Shown in pieces: positions 56,700-64,000 of a DNA stretch of 64,000 nt. Both the position numbers and the translations under genes were made by a program. The notes beneath the pieces were generated by a model, which was given only the letters and a program-made list of their open reading frames with translations, made no database searches and was not told the DNA's origin. Origin of the DNA: Deltaproteobacteria bacterium (GTDB lineage: Bacteria > Myxococcota_A > Polyangia > Polyangiales > Houyiibacteriaceae); assembly GCA_034670305.1 (NCBI GenBank), contig JAXMNT010000012.1:1-64000 (forward strand). Direction: 5' to 3'. Position 1 is the stretch's first letter; the number at the start of each line of letters is the position of its first letter.

Positions 56700-58223
56700 A
56701 TGGACATCGAGTTGGTTGCTCGGCGTTTGGCTCGGGAGCGGCGGGGGGGGCTGATCCGGAGTGCGGTGTTCTTTGGCATGGGGATCGTGCTCTCGGTCCT
56801 CGCGTACTCGAACCAGCGGTACCTGCGGCGGGTGGTGCGTGGAGAGGTGACGCTGGGTGGGACGCCTTCGTACGAGCCGCGGCATGTGGTCTCGCCGGAA
56901 GTGCACTCGACGATCGACTGGCGCAGCGTGCACGGGCGTCTCTTTCCCGCGTGGGTGGTCGCGCATGGACGGCGCGGTGGGCCCGCGGACGAGCGACGGC
57001 TCGCGGCGCACCGCGCGTTCACCGAGTTGCACTACGGCGTCGCCGCGGATCCGAACCTCGCGTCGCTCTTGCGCGAGATCGAATCGGGCATGCGCAGCGA
57101 CGCGATGGATCACGCCGAGCGCGTCGACTACCTGCTCTGGGCCTACAACGATTACCTCGACCGCAGCGAGATCCCGTGGCGCGTCGAAGCCAACCTGCAC
57201 ATCCCGCGGCGCGGCGATCCCACCCTGCTCGTCCGCAGCTACGAAGTCTTGCGCGACCTGCGCATGACCAGCGGCGAACGCCTGCGCCTCTTGCGCCGCG
57301 CCGACCTGACCAACATCGACGAAGGCTTCCTCGGCCACACCACCGGCCGCGATGAAGGCGCGCTCGTCATGCTCGACCAAGTGCTCGAGTTCAGCGTGCG
57401 CCACGTCTGGCCGATGTTGCACGGCGGCCTCGACGCCCGACTTCCCGACGCCGAACGCAACCTCTCCGCCTATGTGCGCGCGGAAGCCCTCGGCGCGCTC
57501 CAGGGACCGACGTACATGCTGCTCAACGAGACCGCGGTGGACCAACAAGCGCTCATCGAAGTCGCCGCCTCGATCGAAGCCCGCGACCAGTGCGGCAACC
57601 ACTTCCGCATCTACGGCCTGCCGTGGAACGGACTCGAGCCGCCCGACCAACGCGCGCTCGTCGACGCGCTCGAACGAAGCCGCGGCCACGAATGCCCCGA
57701 GGTCACGCTCGGCGAAGCCGCCCGTCTGCTCGGTGCCTCCGAACGCCTCGGAGAAACCCGCGCCCTCGCCTCCGCCGTCGAAGAGCTCACCACCTGGGTC
57801 AGCCGCACCGTCTCCGTACACGAGCTCCGCCACGCCGCCGACGGCCGCGACGTCGCCTGCCCCGGCTGCCCCGCCGGCGTCCCGCGCAGCGCCCGCATGG
57901 AACTCTCCGCCTACCTCGAGAGCTTCGCCACGCCCGGCATCGGCTACGCCGCGCTCCTCCAAGCCTGCTCCATGGAGACCGGCCCGCCCGGCGCCGTCGA
58001 CGACGAAGACATCGAAGGCGCCACGATGGCCGTCTCGATCGCCCCCCACGCCCAAGCGTTGGCCTTGGCATTCGACGCGGTGTTGCCGAACGGCTGCATC
58101 GGAGAGATCCCCGACGACCTCTACGCACGCGCAGACGCCGCGCGGGTGGAGTTCTTCGGAGAGCGACCGGCCATGTCGGTACCCGACCCGTACCCAGGAC
58201 GGGTAGAGATCCTGGTCCGGTAG
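56700..58223 (+). CDS. membrane-anchored hypothetical protein with HExxH motif (possible zinc metallopeptidase)
   Basis: ATG at 56700 (could extend to 56238 through the repeat tract); one N-terminal TM; VHELRH..D...CPGC......ELSAY. Confidence 0.7.
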   Translation: MDIELVARRLARERRGGLIRSAVFFGMGIVLSVLAYSNQRYLRRVVRGEVTLGGTPSYEPRHVVSPEVHSTIDWRSVHGRLFPAWVVAHGRRGGPADERRLAAHRAFTELHYGVAADPNLASLLREIESGMRSDAMDHAERVDYLLWAYNDYLDRSEIPWRVEANLHIPRRGDPTLLVRSYEVLRDLRMTSGERLRLLRRADLTNIDEGFLGHTTGRDEGALVMLDQVLEFSVRHVWPMLHGGLDARLPDAERNLSAYVRAEALGALQGPTYMLLNETAVDQQALIEVAASIEARDQCGNHFRIYGLPWNGLEPPDQRALVDALERSRGHECPEVTLGEAARLLGASERLGETRALASAVEELTTWVSRTVSVHELRHAADGRDVACPGCPAGVPRSARMELSAYLESFATPGIGYAALLQACSMETGPPGAVDDEDIEGATMAVSIAPHAQALALAFDAVLPNGCIGEIPDDLYARADAARVEFFGERPAMSVPDPYPGRVEILVR

Positions 58224-58242
58224 CCATCGTTGTCTCGCCCTC

Positions 58243-58752
58243 TCAGTAGACTACGCACGGGATGATCGCACCCTGTTCGATCGCCGTGTTCCAGCCCTTC
58301 TTTCCAAAGAAGAACCAGGCGAACGGACCGAGCAACGGCATCAACCCGAATCCCAACCCGACCGCAACGCCCGTCCTCCGCCGGCCGCGTACGCGGGTGT
58401 CCCCCCGAAGTCGCACGGCGGAACCCTCTCGCGTCTGCGCCGCGTGAACATCGACGGCAATGCCGCCCGCGCGACCAAAGCCGCGCGGATTCGCAACGCG
58501 TATTGTGGCGTCGACCGGAGCACCCCGATGCAGCACCACCTCGCCCGCCGAAGAGGTGACGTCGGTGGCCACTACGAAGCCGGCTGCGACGCCCGACTGA
58601 TCGCCCGAACGGATTCTCGAGGTGAGCTGTACCTGGACCATGGTTCCTGGCACCAACCGACTATCCGAGATGCCGTCCAAGGGAATGGTTCTGTGTTCAA
58701 ACCCACCCCCACCACAACCAACCAGAGCAACCCACAAGAAGAGGTTCTTCAC
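58243..58752 (-). CDS. hypothetical lipoprotein with all-beta region and C-terminal hydrophobic hairpin
   Basis: LVGC lipobox; LVPGT.V.V.L...I.S; somewhat less GC-biased than neighbours. Confidence 0.6.
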   Translation of the reverse strand: MKNLFLWVALVGCGGGGFEHRTIPLDGISDSRLVPGTMVQVQLTSRIRSGDQSGVAAGFVVATDVTSSAGEVVLHRGAPVDATIRVANPRGFGRAGGIAVDVHAAQTREGSAVRLRGDTRVRGRRRTGVAVGLGFGLMPLLGPFAWFFFGKKGWNTAIEQGAIIPCVVY

Positions 58753-58900
58753 CGGACCAGCATACCTTGTGTTCGTGCCATGCGTTCTCCGATACAGACA
58801 GTGGTTGTCCAGAACCCACTGCCACCATCAAATCGCCTACTCCAGCAGTCGGCTCGAAGATCGTTGAAGTCTCTCGAGCTACGAGGCACTTGCGCGTTGG

Positions 58901-59509
58901 TTGGTGGGTGGTGAGGGTGCCGTCGTGTTCGTGCGCGTCTTTGTTGGCAGCCTGGTGGATCCTGCGCTTGGAGCACACGCGATCGTGAACCCGAGCAACC
59001 CCCATTGTGGACTCGGCTCGGGGGCCTCCGGTGCGATCGCCAGCGCGTGTGGTCCGGACTTCCAGCGCGAGGTCCGAGAAGCGTGGCAAGACGGGTTCGA
59101 CGAACCGCTCGGCGCCGACGACTGCGTGGTGAGCGGGGCCGGCACGCACCCGAGCCTCGACTGGGTGCTGCACGTCGCCGCGGTGGACTACACGGTGCGG
59201 GATCCCGAGACCGGAGGATCGTCCGGCCCGGCCCGAGTGTCGCAGTGCACCATGGCGGCACTCCGCGAAGCGGCGTGGCTGGCGCGGGACAACCGGGAAG
59301 ACATTCCGGGATTCGTGCTCGGCTTCCCGCTGCTCGGCGCGGGTCACGGGGGGCTCGGGGAAGTCGCCTCTGCCGCCGCCATGATGCACGCGATCTCGAC
59401 CTCAGAGCCGGCGCAGGAGCTGGCCTCCATTCGGATCGCGGTGCTCGAACCACGTCTGGAGCACGTCGTGCGGTACGCCGCCGACCGCTACGGCGTGCCC
59501 CGCGGGTAG
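58901..59509 (+). CDS. macro domain (ADP-ribose-binding/hydrolase) protein
   Basis: AIVNPSN....GSG.SGAI..ACG, WVLH.AA, FPLLGAG.GGL; start approximate. Confidence 0.85.
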   Translation: MVGGEGAVVFVRVFVGSLVDPALGAHAIVNPSNPHCGLGSGASGAIASACGPDFQREVREAWQDGFDEPLGADDCVVSGAGTHPSLDWVLHVAAVDYTVRDPETGGSSGPARVSQCTMAALREAAWLARDNREDIPGFVLGFPLLGAGHGGLGEVASAAAMMHAISTSEPAQELASIRIAVLEPRLEHVVRYAADRYGVPRG

Positions 59510-59741
59510 TAGGCGACGAACGACGCAAGCCGCGGTCCACTGCGAAGTCGCGCCAGGTCGTGCGGATGCCGACTTCGAACACGGGAAGGACGATGCGGCC
59601 CGGCCCACGCGCAGGCTCCATCGCAGAGTCGCTGAGCACACGTCTCGCGCAACGGGGATGCACTCGATGTGCACTTCGGACTGTACACGCCGCCCCAACA
59701 CCGGCGTTTGAGCGGCGCATGGGTCTTGCAACGGCCGCGGT

Positions 59742-61208
59742 ATGACGAAGACCTGGCTGGGTGGGCTGCTCGTGATGGGGCTGTGTATGGGGGTGAGTTG
59801 TGAGCGCCCCGCGGAAGGATGGATCCTGCCGGACGATGCAGTGATCGATCGCGAGTCAGAGCTGTTCGAGGTGGTGCGGACGGGCTACGAGAACCCGCGC
59901 CTCGCCGGCTACGTCGACCTGGATCTGAGCGAGTTGAGTTTGGAGCGCACCGAGCTCCCGGGCTCCCTCGTGTACGACGACCGGCAGACCTACGAGGGCC
60001 CCGTGCGCGTGCGCTTCCATGGCACGGGGTGGAGCGAGCCGGCGTACCTGCAGGTGGACCGCGCGCCGCTCGATCTCGAGTGGACGTTCCGGGTGGAGGG
60101 CCCGATGTTGTCGCTCCCGATGGGCGGTGCGTCGGTGCCGCTCTTCTTGATGCGGAACGCCGGGTCGGAGCCGGACCTGATCCTGCCGCGCTTCTTCGCA
60201 CTCGACCCGAGCGTGCTCGTGCTGCCGGTGCACGCGACGGTGTTCGCCCACTCCGATGGGCGGATGCCGTACCTGAACGGGGGCATCGACACCGCGCAGC
60301 CGATTCTCGAGCAGCTCTTCGATCCCGGTGGGTCCGTCGCAGCCGACCCGGTGCCCGGCGCGACGTCGCGTTACGCGTTGGCCGAGTTCGAGAGCGCGCG
60401 CCCGGACGCATTGTGGCACCAGTGCGGGATTCAGTTTCACCTCGAAGAGGTCGAGGCGGTCCCGACCCAGAACCACGCCAACGAGATGCTGAACTCGGAG
60501 AACCCGTGCGCGCGGCCGAGCCTGCTCTCGCCCTACCTTCGAGATCCGGAAGAGGCGGGCGGCGTTCCGATGTATGTGGGCGGAGAGATGCGGGAGCGCC
60601 TTCTGGGCGACTACGCCGGTGCCTCGTGTCCGCTGAACAGCCGGCACGAGTTCGTGGCGGTTCAGGGCGGGCACCTGCTGACAGCGGGCATCACGGCACA
60701 CGAGTTCGGACACTTCTTGGGACTCGACCACACGAGCGATCCGGCGAACTTGATGACGCCGCCGGGACCCACGATGTCGATCCTGGGCACCGAGTTGAGC
60801 GCCGGACAATGCGAGATCGCGCGCTGTCGAGCCGCGGAGTTGCTGCATCGTTTGGATCGGGTTTCCAGAGCACGGGTCGACGTCGAGTGCCGGTACCGGG
60901 ATTCGGTCTGCGGCGATGGCGAAGTCGAGGGCGGGGAAGTCTGCGACGACGGCAACGAGATCCTCGGCGACGGCTGCCGGCCCGATTGCACCGCCGAAGT
61001 CTGCGGCGACGGTCTGCTCGACGAAGGCGAAGCCTGCGACCCAGGACCAGGCGAGAGCATCGAGGACTGCACCGCCACCTGCATGGTGTGCGACAGCTGC
61101 AACTACTGTGGCGACGGCGTGGTCGGCGACCGGGAGTTCTGCGACGACGGACGCAACGGCGACGACAGCGACGGCTGCACCGACGAGTGTCGGTCGACGA
61201 TCATCTGA
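59742..61208 (+). CDS. lipoprotein metzincin (matrixin/M10-like) with myxobacterial Cys-rich repeats
   Basis: VSC lipobox; HEFGHFLGLDH zinc motif plus Met-turn NLM; C-terminal CGDG....E.CDDGN....DGC repeats. Confidence 0.85.
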   Translation: MTKTWLGGLLVMGLCMGVSCERPAEGWILPDDAVIDRESELFEVVRTGYENPRLAGYVDLDLSELSLERTELPGSLVYDDRQTYEGPVRVRFHGTGWSEPAYLQVDRAPLDLEWTFRVEGPMLSLPMGGASVPLFLMRNAGSEPDLILPRFFALDPSVLVLPVHATVFAHSDGRMPYLNGGIDTAQPILEQLFDPGGSVAADPVPGATSRYALAEFESARPDALWHQCGIQFHLEEVEAVPTQNHANEMLNSENPCARPSLLSPYLRDPEEAGGVPMYVGGEMRERLLGDYAGASCPLNSRHEFVAVQGGHLLTAGITAHEFGHFLGLDHTSDPANLMTPPGPTMSILGTELSAGQCEIARCRAAELLHRLDRVSRARVDVECRYRDSVCGDGEVEGGEVCDDGNEILGDGCRPDCTAEVCGDGLLDEGEACDPGPGESIEDCTATCMVCDSCNYCGDGVVGDREFCDDGRNGDDSDGCTDECRSTII

Positions 61209-61453
61209 GCAACGACGAGTGCGAGTCGACATCTGAGCGGACATCGCGTGGAACCTCGCGTTGCTCTTTTGTGCGGCGGTGCTGGCGTACGACGGTTCGA
61301 TCCGCCGGCGCACTCAGCCCTAGCCGACGCCCGGCCGTCGTCGTCGCGGCAACCCCGCTGGGCTGCGTTCCTTGGGCTTCGAATTGCACAGCGTGCGGTT
61401 CTGCTCCGCGGCTGCCGATGCCGGGGCGCTGCGGGTGTGCGAGGGTGGGTTCG

Positions 61454-62104
61454 ATGTTCATTCGCTCCCTCGTCGCCGCGCTCGCCGCGCTCACTCTCAT
61501 CACCGCGCCGCTCACTGCGGTGGCGCAGCGCATGTCGGCTGGCTCCACCGGCGACCTCGGCCAGCACCGGCCGATCTACGGCGCGGACCTGGCGTCCGGT
61601 CGGGCGATCGGCGACGTGGTCGGCATGGGCATCGCGTCCAACGACCACGTCTACGTCTGGTACGCGGACGGCACGGTCAGCTCGGGAACCTCGCGCGATC
61701 TGGACGCACACCGCGCCCGCTACCCGTTCCGCATGCCCGCCGGCATGCAACCGAGCGACATCGTCGGCATCGGCATCGCGGCGAACGACCACGTCTACGC
61801 CTGGTACCGCAACGGCACCGTCAGTTCGGGCACCACGCGAGACCTGACCCACCACCGGCAGCCCTACGCGTTCCGACTTGCGGCCGGCATGAACCCGGGC
61901 CGGGTTCAGGGCATGGCGATCGCGCGCAACGACCACTGTTACGTCTGGTACGACGACGGCACCGTCAGCAGTGGCACGAGCCGAGACCTGATCCAGTACC
62001 GGACGCCGTACACCTACCGCGTCGCACGCGAAGCCAGCTTGCCGCAGGTGGTGGCCTTGGGCATCGCGAAGTCGAACGACCACGTGTTCGCACTCTACCG
62101 CTGA
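61454..62104 (+). CDS. secreted protein with four 48-aa repeats (probable beta-propeller)
   Basis: Signal peptide; repeats of SSGT.RDL..HR..Y.F....G......G.GIA.NDHVY.WY..GT. Confidence 0.85.
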   Translation: MFIRSLVAALAALTLITAPLTAVAQRMSAGSTGDLGQHRPIYGADLASGRAIGDVVGMGIASNDHVYVWYADGTVSSGTSRDLDAHRARYPFRMPAGMQPSDIVGIGIAANDHVYAWYRNGTVSSGTTRDLTHHRQPYAFRLAAGMNPGRVQGMAIARNDHCYVWYDDGTVSSGTSRDLIQYRTPYTYRVAREASLPQVVALGIAKSNDHVFALYR

Positions 62105-62109
62105 GCACG

Positions 62110-62247
62110 CTCCCGCGCGTTGCCGCACTTGGCGCACTTCATCGGCAAGGGGCCGACGTCCGCACCAAGGACGACGAAGGCAAAAGCATCCGCGAGCTCG
62201 GCCAGACCAAGATCATCCCGCTTCTCGAGAAAGCACTCGAAGGCTAG
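62110..62247 (+). pseudogene. orphan C-terminal ankyrin-repeat fragment
   Basis: Reads ..ALHRQGADVRTKDDEGKSIRELGQTKIIPLLEKALEG-stop (GADV..KD..G pattern); no convincing start. Confidence 0.5.
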
Positions 62248-62289
62248 GCAGCACGAGCCGCAGACCAGTCGGTAGAATCAGCGAACGGG

Positions 62290-62712
62290 CTATGGACGGC
62301 CTTCGACGAAGGCGGTGATCTCTCCGGGCCAGATTTGCATCCGTCCTTCGTACTTCACCGCGGCCCACATCCGGTTGGTCGAGAAGTCGAAGGTCTGGCT
62401 GATCGGGCCCATGTGTTCGTCTTCCCACGTGACGAACCAGATGTCGGGCTGGACCTGCTGCACGAGGTACGGCTCGCGCAGCACCCCACGGGACGCGACC
62501 TCGGTGATGCGGGTGTGGCCGTCGAAGAAGTTTGTGAACGACCACCCGTTCTCGTAGGTGTAGGAGAGCGACTTCTGGTCGAAGAAGGAGATGTCGGACA
62601 TGGAAGCCTCCGGTTGGGGGACGGGCTCGGCTGGCGCTTCGGCGGCCACCGCCGCGGCGCCGCAACCGAAGAGCGCGAGACCGAGAACCCACCTGCGTGC
62701 GATGTTGAACAT
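62290..62712 (-). CDS. MoaF/phenolic-acid-decarboxylase-like beta-barrel lipoprotein
   Basis: LFGC lipobox; SYTYENGW.F, V.PDIWFVTWED, ..DF. Confidence 0.65.
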   Translation of the reverse strand: MFNIARRWVLGLALFGCGAAAVAAEAPAEPVPQPEASMSDISFFDQKSLSYTYENGWSFTNFFDGHTRITEVASRGVLREPYLVQQVQPDIWFVTWEDEHMGPISQTFDFSTNRMWAAVKYEGRMQIWPGEITAFVEGRP

Positions 62713-62775
62713 GGCAGCATGCTGCGCAGCTGCGGGCCGTGTGACCATGCAACTTCATCGAACGGAGCATTCGAC

Positions 62776-63684
62776 GTGAAGGACGACCTCGCGCGCGACG
62801 CGTTTCAACACCTGCCGCGCCTCGTGGTGTTCGTGGAAGTGGCGCGGCAGAAGACATTCCGAGGAGCCGCCGAGACGCTCGGCCTCTCACCGAGCACCAT
62901 CACCCACCACATCCAGAAGCTCGAAGAGACGTTGGGGGTGCGGCTTGTCGAACGCACCTCGCGCGCGCTCTCGCTCACGGCCGCCGGAGCCACCTTGCTC
63001 GAAGACGCCGGGGCACTGCTCGAAGCATGGAACCGTGGCGTGACCCGCACCCGCGACCAAGGGGACGACCCCGCCGGCACCCTGGTGGTGACCGCGCCCG
63101 ACGTGCTCGTCGAACGGTTCGTCACCCCCGCGCTCGCGGTGCTCGTCGAGAGCCATCCCCGCCTCACAGTCGACCTACGGGTCGGCGCGGACACCCTCCA
63201 GCTCGTGGACGAAGGAATCCACGTTGCGGTGCGGATCGGCCCGCTCCCGGACTCGAGCTACGGCGCGCACAGCCTTTGGCGTGACGAGATGGGGGTCTTC
63301 GCGGCCCCGACGCTCGCCGAGCCCGTGCTCACGCCGACGGGCTTGACGGGTGCACCGTGGATTCACTTCTCGATGCGCTCGCATCCCACCGAACTCCGGC
63401 TCCAGAAGGATGGAGAGGCCGCCTCGATCGAGCCCACCGTGCGGGTTCGGGTCAACACCGGCGCCGCCAAGATCCAGCTGGCCTCAGCGGGGGTCGGCTT
63501 CGGTCTGTTCCCGACTCGGCTCGTCGCCCGAGAAGTCGAGTCGGGCCAGTTGGTCCGGGTGCTGCCCGAGTGGTCGGCTGGAGCGGCGGACTTCTACGTG
63601 GTGACACCTTCTCCGCGCCCGCGAAGTGCTGCGGTGCGTGCGTTCGGCGATGCATTGAAGCGTGTCGTCGAACAAGTTCTGTGA
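62776..63684 (+). CDS. LysR-family transcriptional regulator
   Basis: F.EVA....F..AAE.LGLS.S.I...I..LEE.LGVRL.ERTSR.L.LT.AG; LVDEGI.VAVRIG; divergent from the MoaF-like gene. Confidence 0.95.
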   Translation: MKDDLARDAFQHLPRLVVFVEVARQKTFRGAAETLGLSPSTITHHIQKLEETLGVRLVERTSRALSLTAAGATLLEDAGALLEAWNRGVTRTRDQGDDPAGTLVVTAPDVLVERFVTPALAVLVESHPRLTVDLRVGADTLQLVDEGIHVAVRIGPLPDSSYGAHSLWRDEMGVFAAPTLAEPVLTPTGLTGAPWIHFSMRSHPTELRLQKDGEAASIEPTVRVRVNTGAAKIQLASAGVGFGLFPTRLVAREVESGQLVRVLPEWSAGAADFYVVTPSPRPRSAAVRAFGDALKRVVEQVL

Positions 63685-63701
63685 GGACGTTTCGGTGAAC
63701 A

Positions 63702-63977
63702 TCAGCTCGGTGGCGTGAACACGGTGGCTTCGAGGTCTTCGAGTTTGTCCTGCATGTACTTGCGCGCGTCTTGCACCGCTTGGTTGTAGATCTCGGGGCC
63801 TGCCTTCGAGAGCACGAAGTCCAAGATCTGCTCCGCGCGAAACGCGCTCAACTCCTCGTCGAGTTCATCCAAGAAGAACGACTGCAGGTCGGAGAGCAGA
63901 TGCGCGCGGCGTTCATCGTCCAGCTTCTTCATCGCCAGAGCGTACCGCTTCAAGGATGTCGTCGGTGGCTGGGCCAA
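63702..63977 (-). CDS. DUF2164-like small protein
   Basis: FF.DELDEELS.F.AE.ILDF....GP.IYNQA.QDA. Confidence 0.8.
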   Translation of the reverse strand: MAQPPTTSLKRYALAMKKLDDERRAHLLSDLQSFFLDELDEELSAFRAEQILDFVLSKAGPEIYNQAVQDARKYMQDKLEDLEATVFTPPS

Positions 63978-64000
63978 GCCTCAGTACACGACCGTCGACC

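Overview
GC-rich, gene-dense bacterial DNA that looks like Myxococcota, probably Polyangia/Sandaracinaceae-like (inferred from a MYXO-CTERM tail, PEGA proteins, Cys-rich lipoproteins with DAG linkers, Ser/Thr kinases and FHA proteins). About 45 genes. They include a PEGA/PEGA/Cys-rich lipoprotein array, a SNF2 helicase, a PRC-barrel/P-loop ATPase/MscS/O-antigen-ligase-like operon, dnaJ-RluA, two Ser/Thr kinases, putP, two Ig + BPI/LBP-like lipoproteins, an NTT-family transporter, an FHA-GGDEF cyclase, a sigma54-preceded fimU-pilV-pilW-pilX-pilY1 cluster, fdhD, a macrodomain, a matrixin-like protease and a LysR. No rRNA, tRNA, CRISPR array, integrase or transposase was recognised. The most unusual signal is non-coding: a ~270-bp element in three dispersed copies (20139-20408, 42888-43153, and 48250-48519 on the minus strand). 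Each copy is bounded by direct-repeat hairpins, has covarying internal stems and an exactly 39-nt variable loop, and sits just after a stop codon in the sense of the upstream gene. All calls come from reading motifs by eye with no database searches; several start codons were re-chosen and are approximate.
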